From the NCBI GenBank assembly GCA_965228895.1, contig OZ245842.1:4096001-4160000 (forward strand): 64,000 nt of DNA. Direction: 5' to 3'. Shown here piece by piece: positions 9,884 through 19,856 of this stretch. The notes beneath the pieces are model-generated. The model ran no database searches, had not been told where the DNA came from, and saw nothing but the letters and a program-made list of their open reading frames with translations. How positions within the stretch are numbered: the first letter of the stretch is position 1; each line of letters opens with the position of its first letter. The DNA is from Alphaproteobacteria bacterium. GTDB lineage: Bacteria; Pseudomonadota; Alphaproteobacteria; SP197. The position numbers and the translations under genes are program-made.

Positions 9884-12298
9884 CTAAGCGCGCGGCCGTT
9901 CGTTGGCCGGATCGAAGATCGGCTCTGCGACCACCGTTGCGGGATACCGCGTGCCGATGATCTGGATTTCGAGCTGCGTGCCTTCGCCGGCGCTATCGAC
10001 CGGCAGGAAACCCATGGCGATATTCTTGTCGACGGTGAAACCGTAACCGGCCGATGTGACGGCACCCAGGAGCCGCTCGCCGTCATAGATGGGATCGCCT
10101 GCGTGGGCCGACGCGATGTCGCAGTCGACGATCATCGGTACGAAACGGCTGGCGACGCCCTCCTGCTTCTGCTGCATCAAAGCGCCCCGACCGATGAAGT
10201 CGCCCTTGTCGAATCGGACGAACCGTTCAAGACAGGTTTCAAGCGGTGTGCGTTCGGTGATCAGGTCCGCCTTCCAGTGGCGGTAGCATTTCTCGAGCCG
10301 CATGGCCTCGTTGGCGAGCGAGCCGAAGTGGACGAGACCCAGGTCCGCGCCGGCCGCGACAACGCGATCATAGACCACCTGCTCGTGGTCGGCGGGCATG
10401 TGGATTTCCCAGGCGAGTTCGCCGGTGAAACCGACGCGCATAACCTCGGCCTCGCACGATCCGACATCGATGCGCTGCGCACTCAGCCACGGGAAGGCTG
10501 GGTTCGACAGGTCGGCATCGGTCAGCCGCCCCAGCAGCTCGCGCGAGCGTGGCCCGGCGATCGCCAGACACTGATGGCTTGCGGTCAGGTTCATCAGCGT
10601 GACGTCTTCGCCGGCCAGGTTCTGATTGAGCCAATCCCAATCGTGATACTCGGCGGGCGCGGCGCTCAACAGCCAGAAGCGGTCCTCGGCCAGGCGGTTG
10701 ACCGTGGCCTCGCCGACGACGCGTCCGTTCTCGTTGCAGAAATAGGCGAGGCCTACGCGCCCAATCTTGGGCAACCGATTTGTGCTGAGACGGTCGAGAT
10801 AGGCCGCAGCGTCCGGGCCGGCCAGCTCGAAGCGGGTGAAACCGCTGATCTCCATGACCCCCACCCGCTCGCGCACGGCCTTGCATTCGCCGGCCACCAC
10901 ATCGAACCATGTGGAGTGGCGGAAACTCGGCACATGCGTGAAGTCCGGATCGTCGGGTCTGTAGTAGAGCGCGCGCTCCCAGCCGTTGATCACGCCGAAC
11001 TCCGCGCGTGCTTCCTTCAGCACCGGATAAAGCTGCGTGGTCTTGGCGGGCCGACCGGCAGGCCGATGCTCGTCGGGCATGTGGAAGCGAAACTCGTTCT
11101 GGTAGTCCTCGATGGCGATCGCCGTCGTGTAGGCAATGTCGACGTGACCGGTGAAACGGCGGGGGTCGAGCGCCCAGGTATCCCACTCGGCTTCGCCATG
11201 CACCATGATCTCGGCCAAGAGCTTGCCGTGGCCGCCGCCTTCGCCGATACCGGCGCGCAGGCCGAGACACGCATAGGCGTTATCGACGCCGGGGACCTTG
11301 CCGATCAGCGGTAAACCGTCAGCCGAATAGGTGATCGGGCCGTTGATGTTGCGCTTGATGCCAGTCTCTGCCAGTACCGGCAAGCGCTCGAAGACGCGGT
11401 CCATGTTATCGAGCAGACGATCGAGATCGTCGGGACACAGCGACATCGTGAAATCAGGCGAAATGCCGTCGAGCCCCCAGGTCTTGCAACCCTGTTCGTA
11501 GATACCGACCAACAGGCCCGTGCGTTCCTGGCGGCTGTAGAAGTCGTCGCCGGGATCACGGATGATCGGCACCCGGCGGTCCATGGCGGCGAGTTCCGGG
11601 ATCTCCTCGGTCACGAAGTACTGGTGCTCCATCGACATGACCGGATGGGTGACGCCGATCATCGCGCCGACCTCGTTGACCCGGTAGCCCGTCGCGTTGA
11701 CGATCTTCTCGCAGGTGATGTCGCCGTCCTTGGTGTGGACGACCCACTCGCCGCTTGCCTTGCGGTCGATCGCCTCGACCGGGTTGAAGCGGTAGATTTC
11801 GGCACCGGCGTTGCGTGCGCCGCGCGCCAGCGCCTGGGTCAGGCCGCTGGGATCGATATCGCCGTCAACGGGATCCCACAGCGCGCCCATGAGACCATCG
11901 GTCTTCATCAAGGGGTGGCGCCGCCCACATTCGTCAGCGGGCAACAGCTCGAAGTCGACACCCATGCCTTTGGCCATGCCGATGAAGTGGTTGTAGCCGT
12001 CGATATGGTCCTGGGTGTGGGCCAGCCGGATGCCGCCGGTGATGTGGTAGGTGATCGGGAAATCCGCGTCGGCGGCCAGCTCGGCATAAAGCTGGGTCGA
12101 ATACTTCTTGAGCCCGACCATCACCTGGATCGCGCCGAACTGTGTGACCTGGGCGGCCGCATGCCAGGTCGATCCGGACGTCAGCTCGTCGCGCTCGACA
12201 AGCACGACGTCGTCCCAGCCCTCTTTGGTCAGGTGATAGAGCGTGCTGCATCCCCCGATGCCACCGCCAATCACGACCACCCGCGCATGTGTTTTCAC
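9884..12298 (-). CDS. GcvT-family FAD-dependent oxidoreductase (dimethylglycine/sarcosine dehydrogenase-like)
   Basis: VVIGGGIGG, ELTSGSTWHAA (flavinylation His), C-terminal GcvT folate domain, 804 aa. Confidence 0.92.
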   Translation of the reverse strand: MKTHARVVVIGGGIGGCSTLYHLTKEGWDDVVLVERDELTSGSTWHAAAQVTQFGAIQVMVGLKKYSTQLYAELAADADFPITYHITGGIRLAHTQDHIDGYNHFIGMAKGMGVDFELLPADECGRRHPLMKTDGLMGALWDPVDGDIDPSGLTQALARGARNAGAEIYRFNPVEAIDRKASGEWVVHTKDGDITCEKIVNATGYRVNEVGAMIGVTHPVMSMEHQYFVTEEIPELAAMDRRVPIIRDPGDDFYSRQERTGLLVGIYEQGCKTWGLDGISPDFTMSLCPDDLDRLLDNMDRVFERLPVLAETGIKRNINGPITYSADGLPLIGKVPGVDNAYACLGLRAGIGEGGGHGKLLAEIMVHGEAEWDTWALDPRRFTGHVDIAYTTAIAIEDYQNEFRFHMPDEHRPAGRPAKTTQLYPVLKEARAEFGVINGWERALYYRPDDPDFTHVPSFRHSTWFDVVAGECKAVRERVGVMEISGFTRFELAGPDAAAYLDRLSTNRLPKIGRVGLAYFCNENGRVVGEATVNRLAEDRFWLLSAAPAEYHDWDWLNQNLAGEDVTLMNLTASHQCLAIAGPRSRELLGRLTDADLSNPAFPWLSAQRIDVGSCEAEVMRVGFTGELAWEIHMPADHEQVVYDRVVAAGADLGLVHFGSLANEAMRLEKCYRHWKADLITERTPLETCLERFVRFDKGDFIGRGALMQQKQEGVASRFVPMIVDCDIASAHAGDPIYDGERLLGAVTSAGYGFTVDKNIAMGFLPVDSAGEGTQLEIQIIGTRYPATVVAEPIFDPANERPRA

Positions 12299-12488
12299 CG
12301 GCGCCTTCCTCCCATAACCGCGCCCTTTGAGCGCTAATTGCCACCCGCGGCAACGTCAAACGGCTTCGGCGATTCTGACCTGCCGCTTCGGTTTTCTCGA
12401 AGCACCAATTCGGAGTCGTTGCGGACGGTCAAAATCATGCAAAAATCACCCCTGGAGACACGAACGTGGACGGGAGATACGGCCTGCC

Positions 12489-14042
12489 ATGTCATCTGAA
12501 GAACCGAGAGCGGGACGGCGCGGCAGGGCCGCGCGAGTCGCCGCGCGGACCGCTGACCAACCAGAGGTCAATCCCTGCCCGCCGGGCCAAAAGGGCGGTC
12601 AGTACCGGCCCCTGACCGATGACGGATTGCGGGCGGTCTATCAAACGGCACTCCGCATCCTCGACGAGATCGGTATGGCCGAGGTACCGGCGGCGCTGCA
12701 CGAAAAGGCGCTTGAAGGCGGTGCCCAAGTCAACGCGCTCGGCCGCCTATCCTTCCCGCAAGCCATGGTCGAGGACATCATCGACGGCGCGGCGAAGTCC
12801 TTCGTTTTTCATGGCCGCGATGCCCGGCACGACTTCGAGGTCGGCGGCGACCGGGTGTTCTATGGCACCGGCGGCGCGGCCGTGCAGACGCTGGACCTGG
12901 ATACCGGCCTTTACCGTCCCTCGACGCTGGTCGACCTCTACGACTTCACGCGCCTGGTCGACACGCTGACCAATATCAGCTGGTTCACGCGCTGCTGTGT
13001 CGCGACCGACGTGCCGGACAACCTGGATCTCGACATCAACACCGCCTACGCGCTTGCCGCCGGCACCACCAAACCGGTCGGCACCAGCTTTACCATCGGC
13101 GACTACCTCGACCCCATCGTCGACATGTTCGACATGGTGCTGGGCGGCGAAGGACGGTTCCGCGAACGGCCGTTCTGCAAGGCCCATATCAGCCCGGTCA
13201 TCTCGCCGCTGCGGTATGGCGAAGACGCGTTCGACGTGACGCTCGCCGCGATCCGCCACGGCATGCCGATCAACACGATCATCGCCGCGCAGTCGGGCGC
13301 GACCGCACCGGCGACACTCGCCGGCATGCTGGCGCAGACCACGGCGGAAACCCTGGCGGCGCTCATCATGGTGAACCTGTTCGCACCCGGTCATCCCGTC
13401 ATCTTTTCCAACTGGCCCTTTGTGATCGATCTCAGGACCGGCGCGTTTTCCGGCAGCGGCGGCGAGATCTCGGTGATGAACGCGGCATCGGCCCAGATCG
13501 GCAACTGGCTTGGTCTGCCGACCGGCGTCGCTTCGTCCATGGCCGACGCCAAGGCGGTCGATGCGCAGATGGGCGCGGAGAAGGGCATGTCGGCGCTCGC
13601 CGCCGGTCTCGCCGGCGCCAACATGATCTATGAGTCCGCAGGCATGATGGCGAGCTTGCTGGGCGTGTCCTATGAAGCCTTCGTGCTGGATGACGAGATG
13701 CTGAGCCACATGAACCGCGCCGTGCGCGGCATCGAGATCGATGAAGAAACGCTCGGGTTCGACGCCATCCGCGAAGCCGTCACCGGCGAGGGCCACTTCC
13801 TGGGCGGCGCCCACACCATGGCCGCCATGCAGCGCGACTATTTCTATCCGACGCTTGCCGATCGCGATGCGCCGGTGACCTGGGCCGAGGCCGGCGCGCC
13901 AGACATCTGGACGAAGGCCAACGAGAAGGCCCGCGAGATCCTGTCTGCCAACCACCCCGCCTACATCGAACCGGCGGTCGACGCGCGCATCCGCGAGCGT
14001 TTCAAGATCCTGCTTTCGCCTGAACAGATGATGCCGGGATAG
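12489..14042 (+). CDS. Trimethylamine methyltransferase family protein (MttB superfamily, non-pyrrolysine)
   Basis: ISPLRY, GATAPATLAG, DLRTG, ADAKAVDAQMGAEK, GEGHFLG; no in-frame amber codon; ATG at 12489 after GGGAG. Confidence 0.9.
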   Translation: MSSEEPRAGRRGRAARVAARTADQPEVNPCPPGQKGGQYRPLTDDGLRAVYQTALRILDEIGMAEVPAALHEKALEGGAQVNALGRLSFPQAMVEDIIDGAAKSFVFHGRDARHDFEVGGDRVFYGTGGAAVQTLDLDTGLYRPSTLVDLYDFTRLVDTLTNISWFTRCCVATDVPDNLDLDINTAYALAAGTTKPVGTSFTIGDYLDPIVDMFDMVLGGEGRFRERPFCKAHISPVISPLRYGEDAFDVTLAAIRHGMPINTIIAAQSGATAPATLAGMLAQTTAETLAALIMVNLFAPGHPVIFSNWPFVIDLRTGAFSGSGGEISVMNAASAQIGNWLGLPTGVASSMADAKAVDAQMGAEKGMSALAAGLAGANMIYESAGMMASLLGVSYEAFVLDDEMLSHMNRAVRGIEIDEETLGFDAIREAVTGEGHFLGGAHTMAAMQRDYFYPTLADRDAPVTWAEAGAPDIWTKANEKAREILSANHPAYIEPAVDARIRERFKILLSPEQMMPG

Positions 14043-14052
14043 CTCTTCGCAG

Positions 14053-15057
14053 CTAGTCGCCGAGCATACGGAAGTCAGCCTCGGCCCATGGTGCTATCTG
14101 CAGGAACTGTGATCGCAGCCGCTCGTCGATCAACCGGCGGCACAACTGCGCGAGTTTCTCCGGCAGCTTGCCGAGTTCGTCGCGGCGCGCGATCAACGAG
14201 ATCGTCCGTGAGAAGCCGGAGAACGGCAGCGGCATGACATCGAGTTCCGGCGGGAAACGCTCGCTGTCCAGAACCGAAAGCGGCGTCGTGATTGTCCAGC
14301 CCCGGCAGCTGCGCACCATGGCGAAAACCGAGCGCGACACGTTGAACGAATAGCGCTGCGGCGGGTCGAGCTTGAGGCGCCTCAGATGCCGCGTGATGGC
14401 GCGCCCCATGGGCATCGCCGGACTGAAGTGGACATAGGGCCTGGCCATCAACTGGTCGAGCACGTCGTGGCTTTGATCGATGACACCCGGTGCGGCAGCG
14501 GCGATAAACGGCTCCTGCAGCAGCGGATGCAGATCGAGCCCGTCGATATCGGAGGGCATTTCAGCGCTGACGGCAATGTCGGCCGCGCGCGCGCGAAGCG
14601 CCTGGTTGACCCCGTCCGATCCATCGGAGGTCGCGGAAAACAGGCATTTGGGATAGAGCCCCTGCAGATGGCCGACCAGATCGGGTGTGATCGATGCATC
14701 GAGATCATCGATGATCGCGAGCCGCAGCTCCGGCAGCGCCGACAAGCTCAGTTCCATCAGCTCGGTGCGCGCTTCGCTGACCGCTTCGAGGATGCGATGG
14801 GCGTGACGGCGCAACAGCAGGCCGACCGGCGTCAAGGCGACCGGCTTGGCAGATCGGTCGAAAACGCGCGCGCCGACCGACCGTTCGAGATTGGAGATCT
14901 GCTGCGACACCGTCGAGGGACTGGCGCCGATGCGCGCCGCCGCGGCGGTCAGCGAGCCGGCCTCCTCGACCGCCATGAAGATCCTGAGCGCCCGCAAGGT
15001 CAGCCCCGGCGCGTCGGTGGCGTCGTCCCCGTCAGGACGCAGGCTTTCGCTCGCCAT
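14053..15057 (-). CDS. LysR family transcriptional regulator
   Basis: N-terminal HTH GSLTAAAARIGASPSTVSQQISNLE...FDRS..PVALT. Confidence 0.93.
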   Translation of the reverse strand: MASESLRPDGDDATDAPGLTLRALRIFMAVEEAGSLTAAAARIGASPSTVSQQISNLERSVGARVFDRSAKPVALTPVGLLLRRHAHRILEAVSEARTELMELSLSALPELRLAIIDDLDASITPDLVGHLQGLYPKCLFSATSDGSDGVNQALRARAADIAVSAEMPSDIDGLDLHPLLQEPFIAAAAPGVIDQSHDVLDQLMARPYVHFSPAMPMGRAITRHLRRLKLDPPQRYSFNVSRSVFAMVRSCRGWTITTPLSVLDSERFPPELDVMPLPFSGFSRTISLIARRDELGKLPEKLAQLCRRLIDERLRSQFLQIAPWAEADFRMLGD

Positions 15058-16058
15058 CAGTCCAACCGGTAGACGCGCACGGCGGTATCGTGGAAGAGCG
15101 CGCGCCGCTCATCCGACGAGAAACCTTCGGCGATACGTTTGAAGGCGTTCCACATGACACCATAGGAACACGACACCTTGTCGACGGGGAAGTTACTTTC
15201 GAACATGCAGCGATCGGGGCCGAAGAGATCGATGGTGTGCAGGAACCAGTCGCGGCTTGCTTCTGCGAGCTCGGCCGATGTCGGCGGTTTCTCCCTGTGC
15301 TCCCAACCGTAACCGTTCAGTGCCATCCACAGACCGCCGATCTTGGCGACGACATTGGGACACTCGGCCAAAGCGGCGACGTCGCGTTGCCACTGTTTGA
15401 AGACGTCGTCGCGCTTTCCTTCATAGGATCCGATGCCAAGGGGGCCGCCGAAGTGATCGAAGATGATCGTCACATCCGGTTGGCTCCTGGCTAGCGCGGT
15501 CAACTCAGAGATCTGCGGGTGGTAGAGCCAGGCGTCGAACGTCAGTCCATGCGCCTTCAAGCGCGAAAATCCTTCACGGAACGTCGCATCGGCCATCAGG
15601 CCTTGCGGCGAGTTCTTGTAACCGATGATGGATTCGTTGCTGTCCCAGGCGACGGAATGGCGGATGCCGCGAAGGCGTGCGGGCGCCGCGGCGCGATGCG
15701 CCTCCAACACCTCGTCGACCGCGGCACCGAGCGTCAGGTCCGCAAAACTGACGATACCCTTGCAGGGGCGGATGTCGCCGTAACTGCCGCTGGCGCCTTG
15801 GGCGGCGATCCCGTTGACGAACTCGGTCTCGCCGACCGGCGCCAAGTGTTCGGAGCCATCGGCGCGGTACATGGATGACGCTTCGACATAGACCGTGGCG
15901 ACAACGTTGTGGCCGCTGTCGATGTCAGCCAGGAGCTCGTCCAGCATGTAACGGTCGCGCGGGTAGTCCCAGAGATGATGATGCGGATCGATGATCGGCA
16001 GATCCGGATCCAACGCCTCTTCGTTGACCTGAGCCAGCCAGCTTTGATTGATCGGCAT
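15057..16058 (-). CDS. Amidohydrolase family protein (lactonase-like)
   Basis: IIDPHHHLW, DHFGGP, FGPDRCMFESNFP; AGGAG RBS before ATG 16058. Confidence 0.9.
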   Translation of the reverse strand: MPINQSWLAQVNEEALDPDLPIIDPHHHLWDYPRDRYMLDELLADIDSGHNVVATVYVEASSMYRADGSEHLAPVGETEFVNGIAAQGASGSYGDIRPCKGIVSFADLTLGAAVDEVLEAHRAAAPARLRGIRHSVAWDSNESIIGYKNSPQGLMADATFREGFSRLKAHGLTFDAWLYHPQISELTALARSQPDVTIIFDHFGGPLGIGSYEGKRDDVFKQWQRDVAALAECPNVVAKIGGLWMALNGYGWEHREKPPTSAELAEASRDWFLHTIDLFGPDRCMFESNFPVDKVSCSYGVMWNAFKRIAEGFSSDERRALFHDTAVRVYRLD

Positions 16059-16060
16059 GA

Positions 16061-17380
16061 TCACTCCTTACCATGGCGTAACACGCCGGCGAGCGCCGCG
16101 CCAATCGGGCACGGCGACACATCGAGGTGACGGCGCATCAGAACCGAGAAAGTAATGCCGGAGGCGGCAAGCACCAGAGCGGTACCGGCAGCGGCACCGT
16201 TGATGCCATATGGCGGAATAAGGAGAAAATTCAGGACGATGCTGGCAAGCAGAACACTGAGCATCACCCACATCACCCGTTGTTCGTTCCCGGCATACTG
16301 CAGCCACACGGCCGACAAAGCGAGCACCGTGCTGACAAAGTAACCACTGACCAGGATTGTCAACGCCGGTGCGGCAACAGTGTAGTCGGACCCGAACAAG
16401 GACAGGATTTGGGGCGCCAAGATGACAAGCCCCAACGCGGTCGGTATCGCCAAACACAACAAAATCCTGAAACCTCGAACATGAAGATCGGCAACCGCCT
16501 CGGTGCCGTCCTGCAACGCGCCGGCGATCAGCGGCGCCAGTAAGCCAACGCCCGTGGTCTGGGCCAGCACGATGAGATGGACAGATGTCGAGGCAGCGCC
16601 GAAGTAGCCGACATCGGATTCGTCCGCCAGCACTTCGATCATGAACAGATCGACCTGGCTTAGACCGACTTGCAATATCATGACCAGCATCATCGGTATG
16701 GACGCACGCAGCCAGTCCTTAGGCTTGGCGAGCTCGCGATCACGACGTATCGGCACCAGCACCAACCGCTGGGCATAGACAATCTGAAACGCAAGTAACA
16801 GGATCGCCGTGACGAAAGCCAGCCACAGCACCCGAATGTCCGTCATTTCGCCGACAACATAGGCAACGACCAAGACCAGAACGAGTTTGGCCAGCGGGAA
16901 CCCGACGCGCCATGGCAGGTTGGCAAGATCGACGCGTTTGGCCGCCAGGAAGATGCGGCCCAATAGCGTCGACGCCGCACCAAGGGGGATGACAAGCGAA
17001 GCGACCAGTAGCGGATGACGGTTGGCGAGATCGGTCGGGCCGAAATGCAGCAGGCTGATGACAATCGTCAACGCGATAAGCACGAGCGACAGCCCTACCA
17101 TGATGACCAGGTAGAGTCGCACATACTCCCAAACACCGGCCCGGTCGTCCGACTCCAAGCGGGCCGCGAGAAAACGCGGCGCAGCACGGTCACCGCCCAA
17201 CAGGACGGCCATGGCGGAGATGTTGAGGAACGCCATGGCGACTTTGAAGTCACCGTAGTCGTACGGCGCCAGGAAACGCGCGACACCGAGGTTGAGGGCG
17301 TAGTCGGCGAAGAACCCACCGACGCCCGCGGCGATCATGATGATCGTACCGCGTTCGAGATACTTGGTGTCTGCCGTCAT
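16061..17380 (-). CDS. MOP/MATE superfamily oligosaccharide flippase-like membrane protein (copy 1)
   Basis: Multi-TM, ARFLAPYDYG, DLFMI...VGYFGAA, LNFLLIPPYGINGAA; real start MTADTKY at 17380. Confidence 0.8.
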   Translation of the reverse strand: MTADTKYLERGTIIMIAAGVGGFFADYALNLGVARFLAPYDYGDFKVAMAFLNISAMAVLLGGDRAAPRFLAARLESDDRAGVWEYVRLYLVIMVGLSLVLIALTIVISLLHFGPTDLANRHPLLVASLVIPLGAASTLLGRIFLAAKRVDLANLPWRVGFPLAKLVLVLVVAYVVGEMTDIRVLWLAFVTAILLLAFQIVYAQRLVLVPIRRDRELAKPKDWLRASIPMMLVMILQVGLSQVDLFMIEVLADESDVGYFGAASTSVHLIVLAQTTGVGLLAPLIAGALQDGTEAVADLHVRGFRILLCLAIPTALGLVILAPQILSLFGSDYTVAAPALTILVSGYFVSTVLALSAVWLQYAGNEQRVMWVMLSVLLASIVLNFLLIPPYGINGAAAGTALVLAASGITFSVLMRRHLDVSPCPIGAALAGVLRHGKE

Positions 17381-17448
17381 TTGCACGACCGATAGGGCGC
17401 CGACGCCAGTGTAGACGCCGACGGCGTCGCAGCGCACGCTCCCGACAT

Positions 17449-18486
17449 TCAGACCGCGATGGCAACGTGGTTCAGGCCACCGTAGTGCTGTCGCGTTTCG
17501 GCAAGGGCCTGGTCGATGGCGTCGAGCGAAAAGGTCGTCGCCGTGACCTTCGACAAATCGAGTTGACCGCTGGCAATCATGTTGACCAGCCGCGCGCCGG
17601 CCCAGCGCGGGAACCACAGCGAGCCGTGAACACTGACCTCGTTGACCAGGAGCCAGCCGAGCGACACCGGCAGGGGCTGGCCTGTCGGACCGATAATGGC
17701 GACCTGGCCGAAACGTCTGAGCGACGGCAACAGCGCCTCGATGCTGGAGGCATCCGATGCCTCGACTGACGAGAACAATACGTCGACCTTGGCCCCGTCC
17801 GGCAGTTTCGTACCAGCAACAACGCGGTCGTCGAGCGCGGCGAGCTGATCCAAGATGTCGCGTCTGCGGCCAAGGGCGTAGACACGCGAAGCACCCATGG
17901 CGAGCGCCAAGAGGACCGCAGACGTGCCGAGAACGCCGGTTGCCCCGACGATTGCCACGTCTTGGCCGGCCTCCAATCCGGCATGCAGGAAACCGCCATA
18001 GGCCGTACCGATCCAACCGAGACGGCACAAGATTTCCGGTTTGATAGCGACATCGTCGGGTATGGGCACCGCGCATTCGGCGGGCAGCCGCATCTTTTCG
18101 GCGTAGCCGCCATCCCGCCACTTGGCCAGCATGCGCGAAGCCTCTGGACCCACACCGAAACTGCCGATGAAACCGTAGTCCTGGTCTCCGGCGCGCCCGG
18201 CCGAATAGTACAGCGGATCGGCATAGATCCGTGTTCCCACCTTCAGTCCCTCGACATCGTCGGCGACGGCGCTGATGACGCCGATGACGTCCATGCCCGG
18301 AGTAAACGGGCGCGGCGGCATCACGTAGCGACCTTCTCCGGCGACCATCTGAGCGACAAACGGCGATAAGAAACAGGCCTCGACGTCGATGACCACTGTG
18401 CCCGGCGTCGCTACCGGGTCATCGACCTCCTCAACCACCAAAGCCGTCGCACCGTCGTGCAGCCGTGCCGCTTTCATACCTCGCAT
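17449..18486 (-). CDS. Medium-chain dehydrogenase/reductase (zinc-binding ADH superfamily, atypical Zn ligands)
   Basis: MKAARLH start, PFTPGMD (GHE position), GGYAE, VGATGVLG nucleotide-binding motif. Confidence 0.85.
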   Translation of the reverse strand: MRGMKAARLHDGATALVVEEVDDPVATPGTVVIDVEACFLSPFVAQMVAGEGRYVMPPRPFTPGMDVIGVISAVADDVEGLKVGTRIYADPLYYSAGRAGDQDYGFIGSFGVGPEASRMLAKWRDGGYAEKMRLPAECAVPIPDDVAIKPEILCRLGWIGTAYGGFLHAGLEAGQDVAIVGATGVLGTSAVLLALAMGASRVYALGRRRDILDQLAALDDRVVAGTKLPDGAKVDVLFSSVEASDASSIEALLPSLRRFGQVAIIGPTGQPLPVSLGWLLVNEVSVHGSLWFPRWAGARLVNMIASGQLDLSKVTATTFSLDAIDQALAETRQHYGGLNHVAIAV

Positions 18487-18536
18487 CCTCCCTGTCTTCG
18501 TTGTCGCGCCAGCGCGCGTTAATCGAAACGTTTCCC

Positions 18537-19856
18537 CTAACTCTTGCGCGACATCAGACCGGTAAAGGCCAACAATAGCGGCCAGGGCGACACGTCGAGG
18601 TTACGGCGCAACAGCACCGACAGCGCCACGGCCGCCACGAGCAATGCAACCGTGGTGCTTATCGCCGCACCGTCCATGCCCATCAGCGGCACAAGAACGG
18701 CGTTGAGCGCGAGGTTGGCTAAGAACACACCCAACGTAACCCACATCGTTGCGCGCTCCTTGCCGGCGAACTGTAGCCACAACGGCGAAAGGGCCAGCAC
18801 GGAGCTGACGCCGTAGCCAACGGCCAGAATCTGCAGCGCACGCGTGGCGGCCAGATATTCTTGCCCGAACAAGGACAGGATGAAAGGCGCGAACACAATG
18901 ATTGCGATGCTTAGTGGGGCGACGAGCCAAAACAGCAAGCGGAAACCACGCTCGTGAAGGTCACGAATACCATCAGTTTCTTTGGCCAGTGCACCCGTAA
19001 TCAAGGGCGATATCACACTGACGCCCACCGTCTGCGCCAGGATGATGACGTAAACCGTGGTCGTCGCAGCGCCATAGAAGCCAACGACCGATTCATCACT
19101 CAGCACCAGTTCGATCATGAAGATGTCGGTCTGGCTCATGCCAATCTGCAGCAAGCCGACCAGCATCATCGGGATCGAGGCCACGATCCATTGCCTTGGT
19201 TCGGCAAGGTGTGGATGGCTTTGCATGGGCATCAACCTGTGCCGAAACACGAAAAAGAGCTGGACGATGATGACCAGGAAAGCCACGACCATGACGATCC
19301 AAAGCACGTCCACATCCGTCACGTCATCGAACACCATGGTCGCGACCAGAACGAAAACCAGCAGCAGGAGTGGATAGGCAATTCGCCAGGGCAATTGTGC
19401 CAAACCAACGCGCTTGGCTGCCAGAAACAACCGGCCGAGAAGCGTTACAACCGCGGCCAAAGGCGCCACCAGCGACGCGACGACCAGGGGATGATGGTCT
19501 TGTGGATCGAGCCCTTCATAATACAGAAAGCTGAGGGAGATCGTCACTGCGGCGACCATGACCGACAGGCCGAAAACGGCAAACAGATAGGTCCGCATAT
19601 AGTCCCACACACCGCCGCGGTGATCAGTTTCTAGAAACTTGGGGAGGAAACGCGGTGCGGCGCGGTCGCCTCCCAAAATCACAACCAGGGTGGCAAGTGC
19701 CAGAAACGACATGGCGACCTTGAAGTCACCGTAGTCGTGATTTGACAGTGTACGGGCAAGGAACAGGTTGAGGGCGTACTCGAGCGCAAAACCGCCAATG
19801 CCGGCGCCAAGCATGATGAACGTACTGCGCCGAATATAGGACTGTTCTTCCGTCAT
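18537..19856 (-). CDS. MOP/MATE superfamily oligosaccharide flippase-like membrane protein (copy 2)
   Basis: Paralog of 16061-17380 (DYGDFKVAM, LGGDRAAPRFL, HPL.VASL, SIPMMLV, LHERGFRLL); both 439 aa. Confidence 0.82.
   Translation of the reverse strand: MTEEQSYIRRSTFIMLGAGIGGFALEYALNLFLARTLSNHDYGDFKVAMSFLALATLVVILGGDRAAPRFLPKFLETDHRGGVWDYMRTYLFAVFGLSVMVAAVTISLSFLYYEGLDPQDHHPLVVASLVAPLAAVVTLLGRLFLAAKRVGLAQLPWRIAYPLLLLVFVLVATMVFDDVTDVDVLWIVMVVAFLVIIVQLFFVFRHRLMPMQSHPHLAEPRQWIVASIPMMLVGLLQIGMSQTDIFMIELVLSDESVVGFYGAATTTVYVIILAQTVGVSVISPLITGALAKETDGIRDLHERGFRLLFWLVAPLSIAIIVFAPFILSLFGQEYLAATRALQILAVGYGVSSVLALSPLWLQFAGKERATMWVTLGVFLANLALNAVLVPLMGMDGAAISTTVALLVAAVALSVLLRRNLDVSPWPLLLAFTGLMSRKS

Noticed and set aside
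7095-11314. Long + strand ORFs (7095-8699, 9785-11314)
   Set aside because: Antisense shadows of well-supported minus-strand genes, common in high-GC DNA; no recognisable motifs
17381-18121. 686-aa ORF suggesting an N-terminally extended flippase
   Set aside because: The extension is an off-frame read through the dehydrogenase gene; the paralog supports the start at 17380
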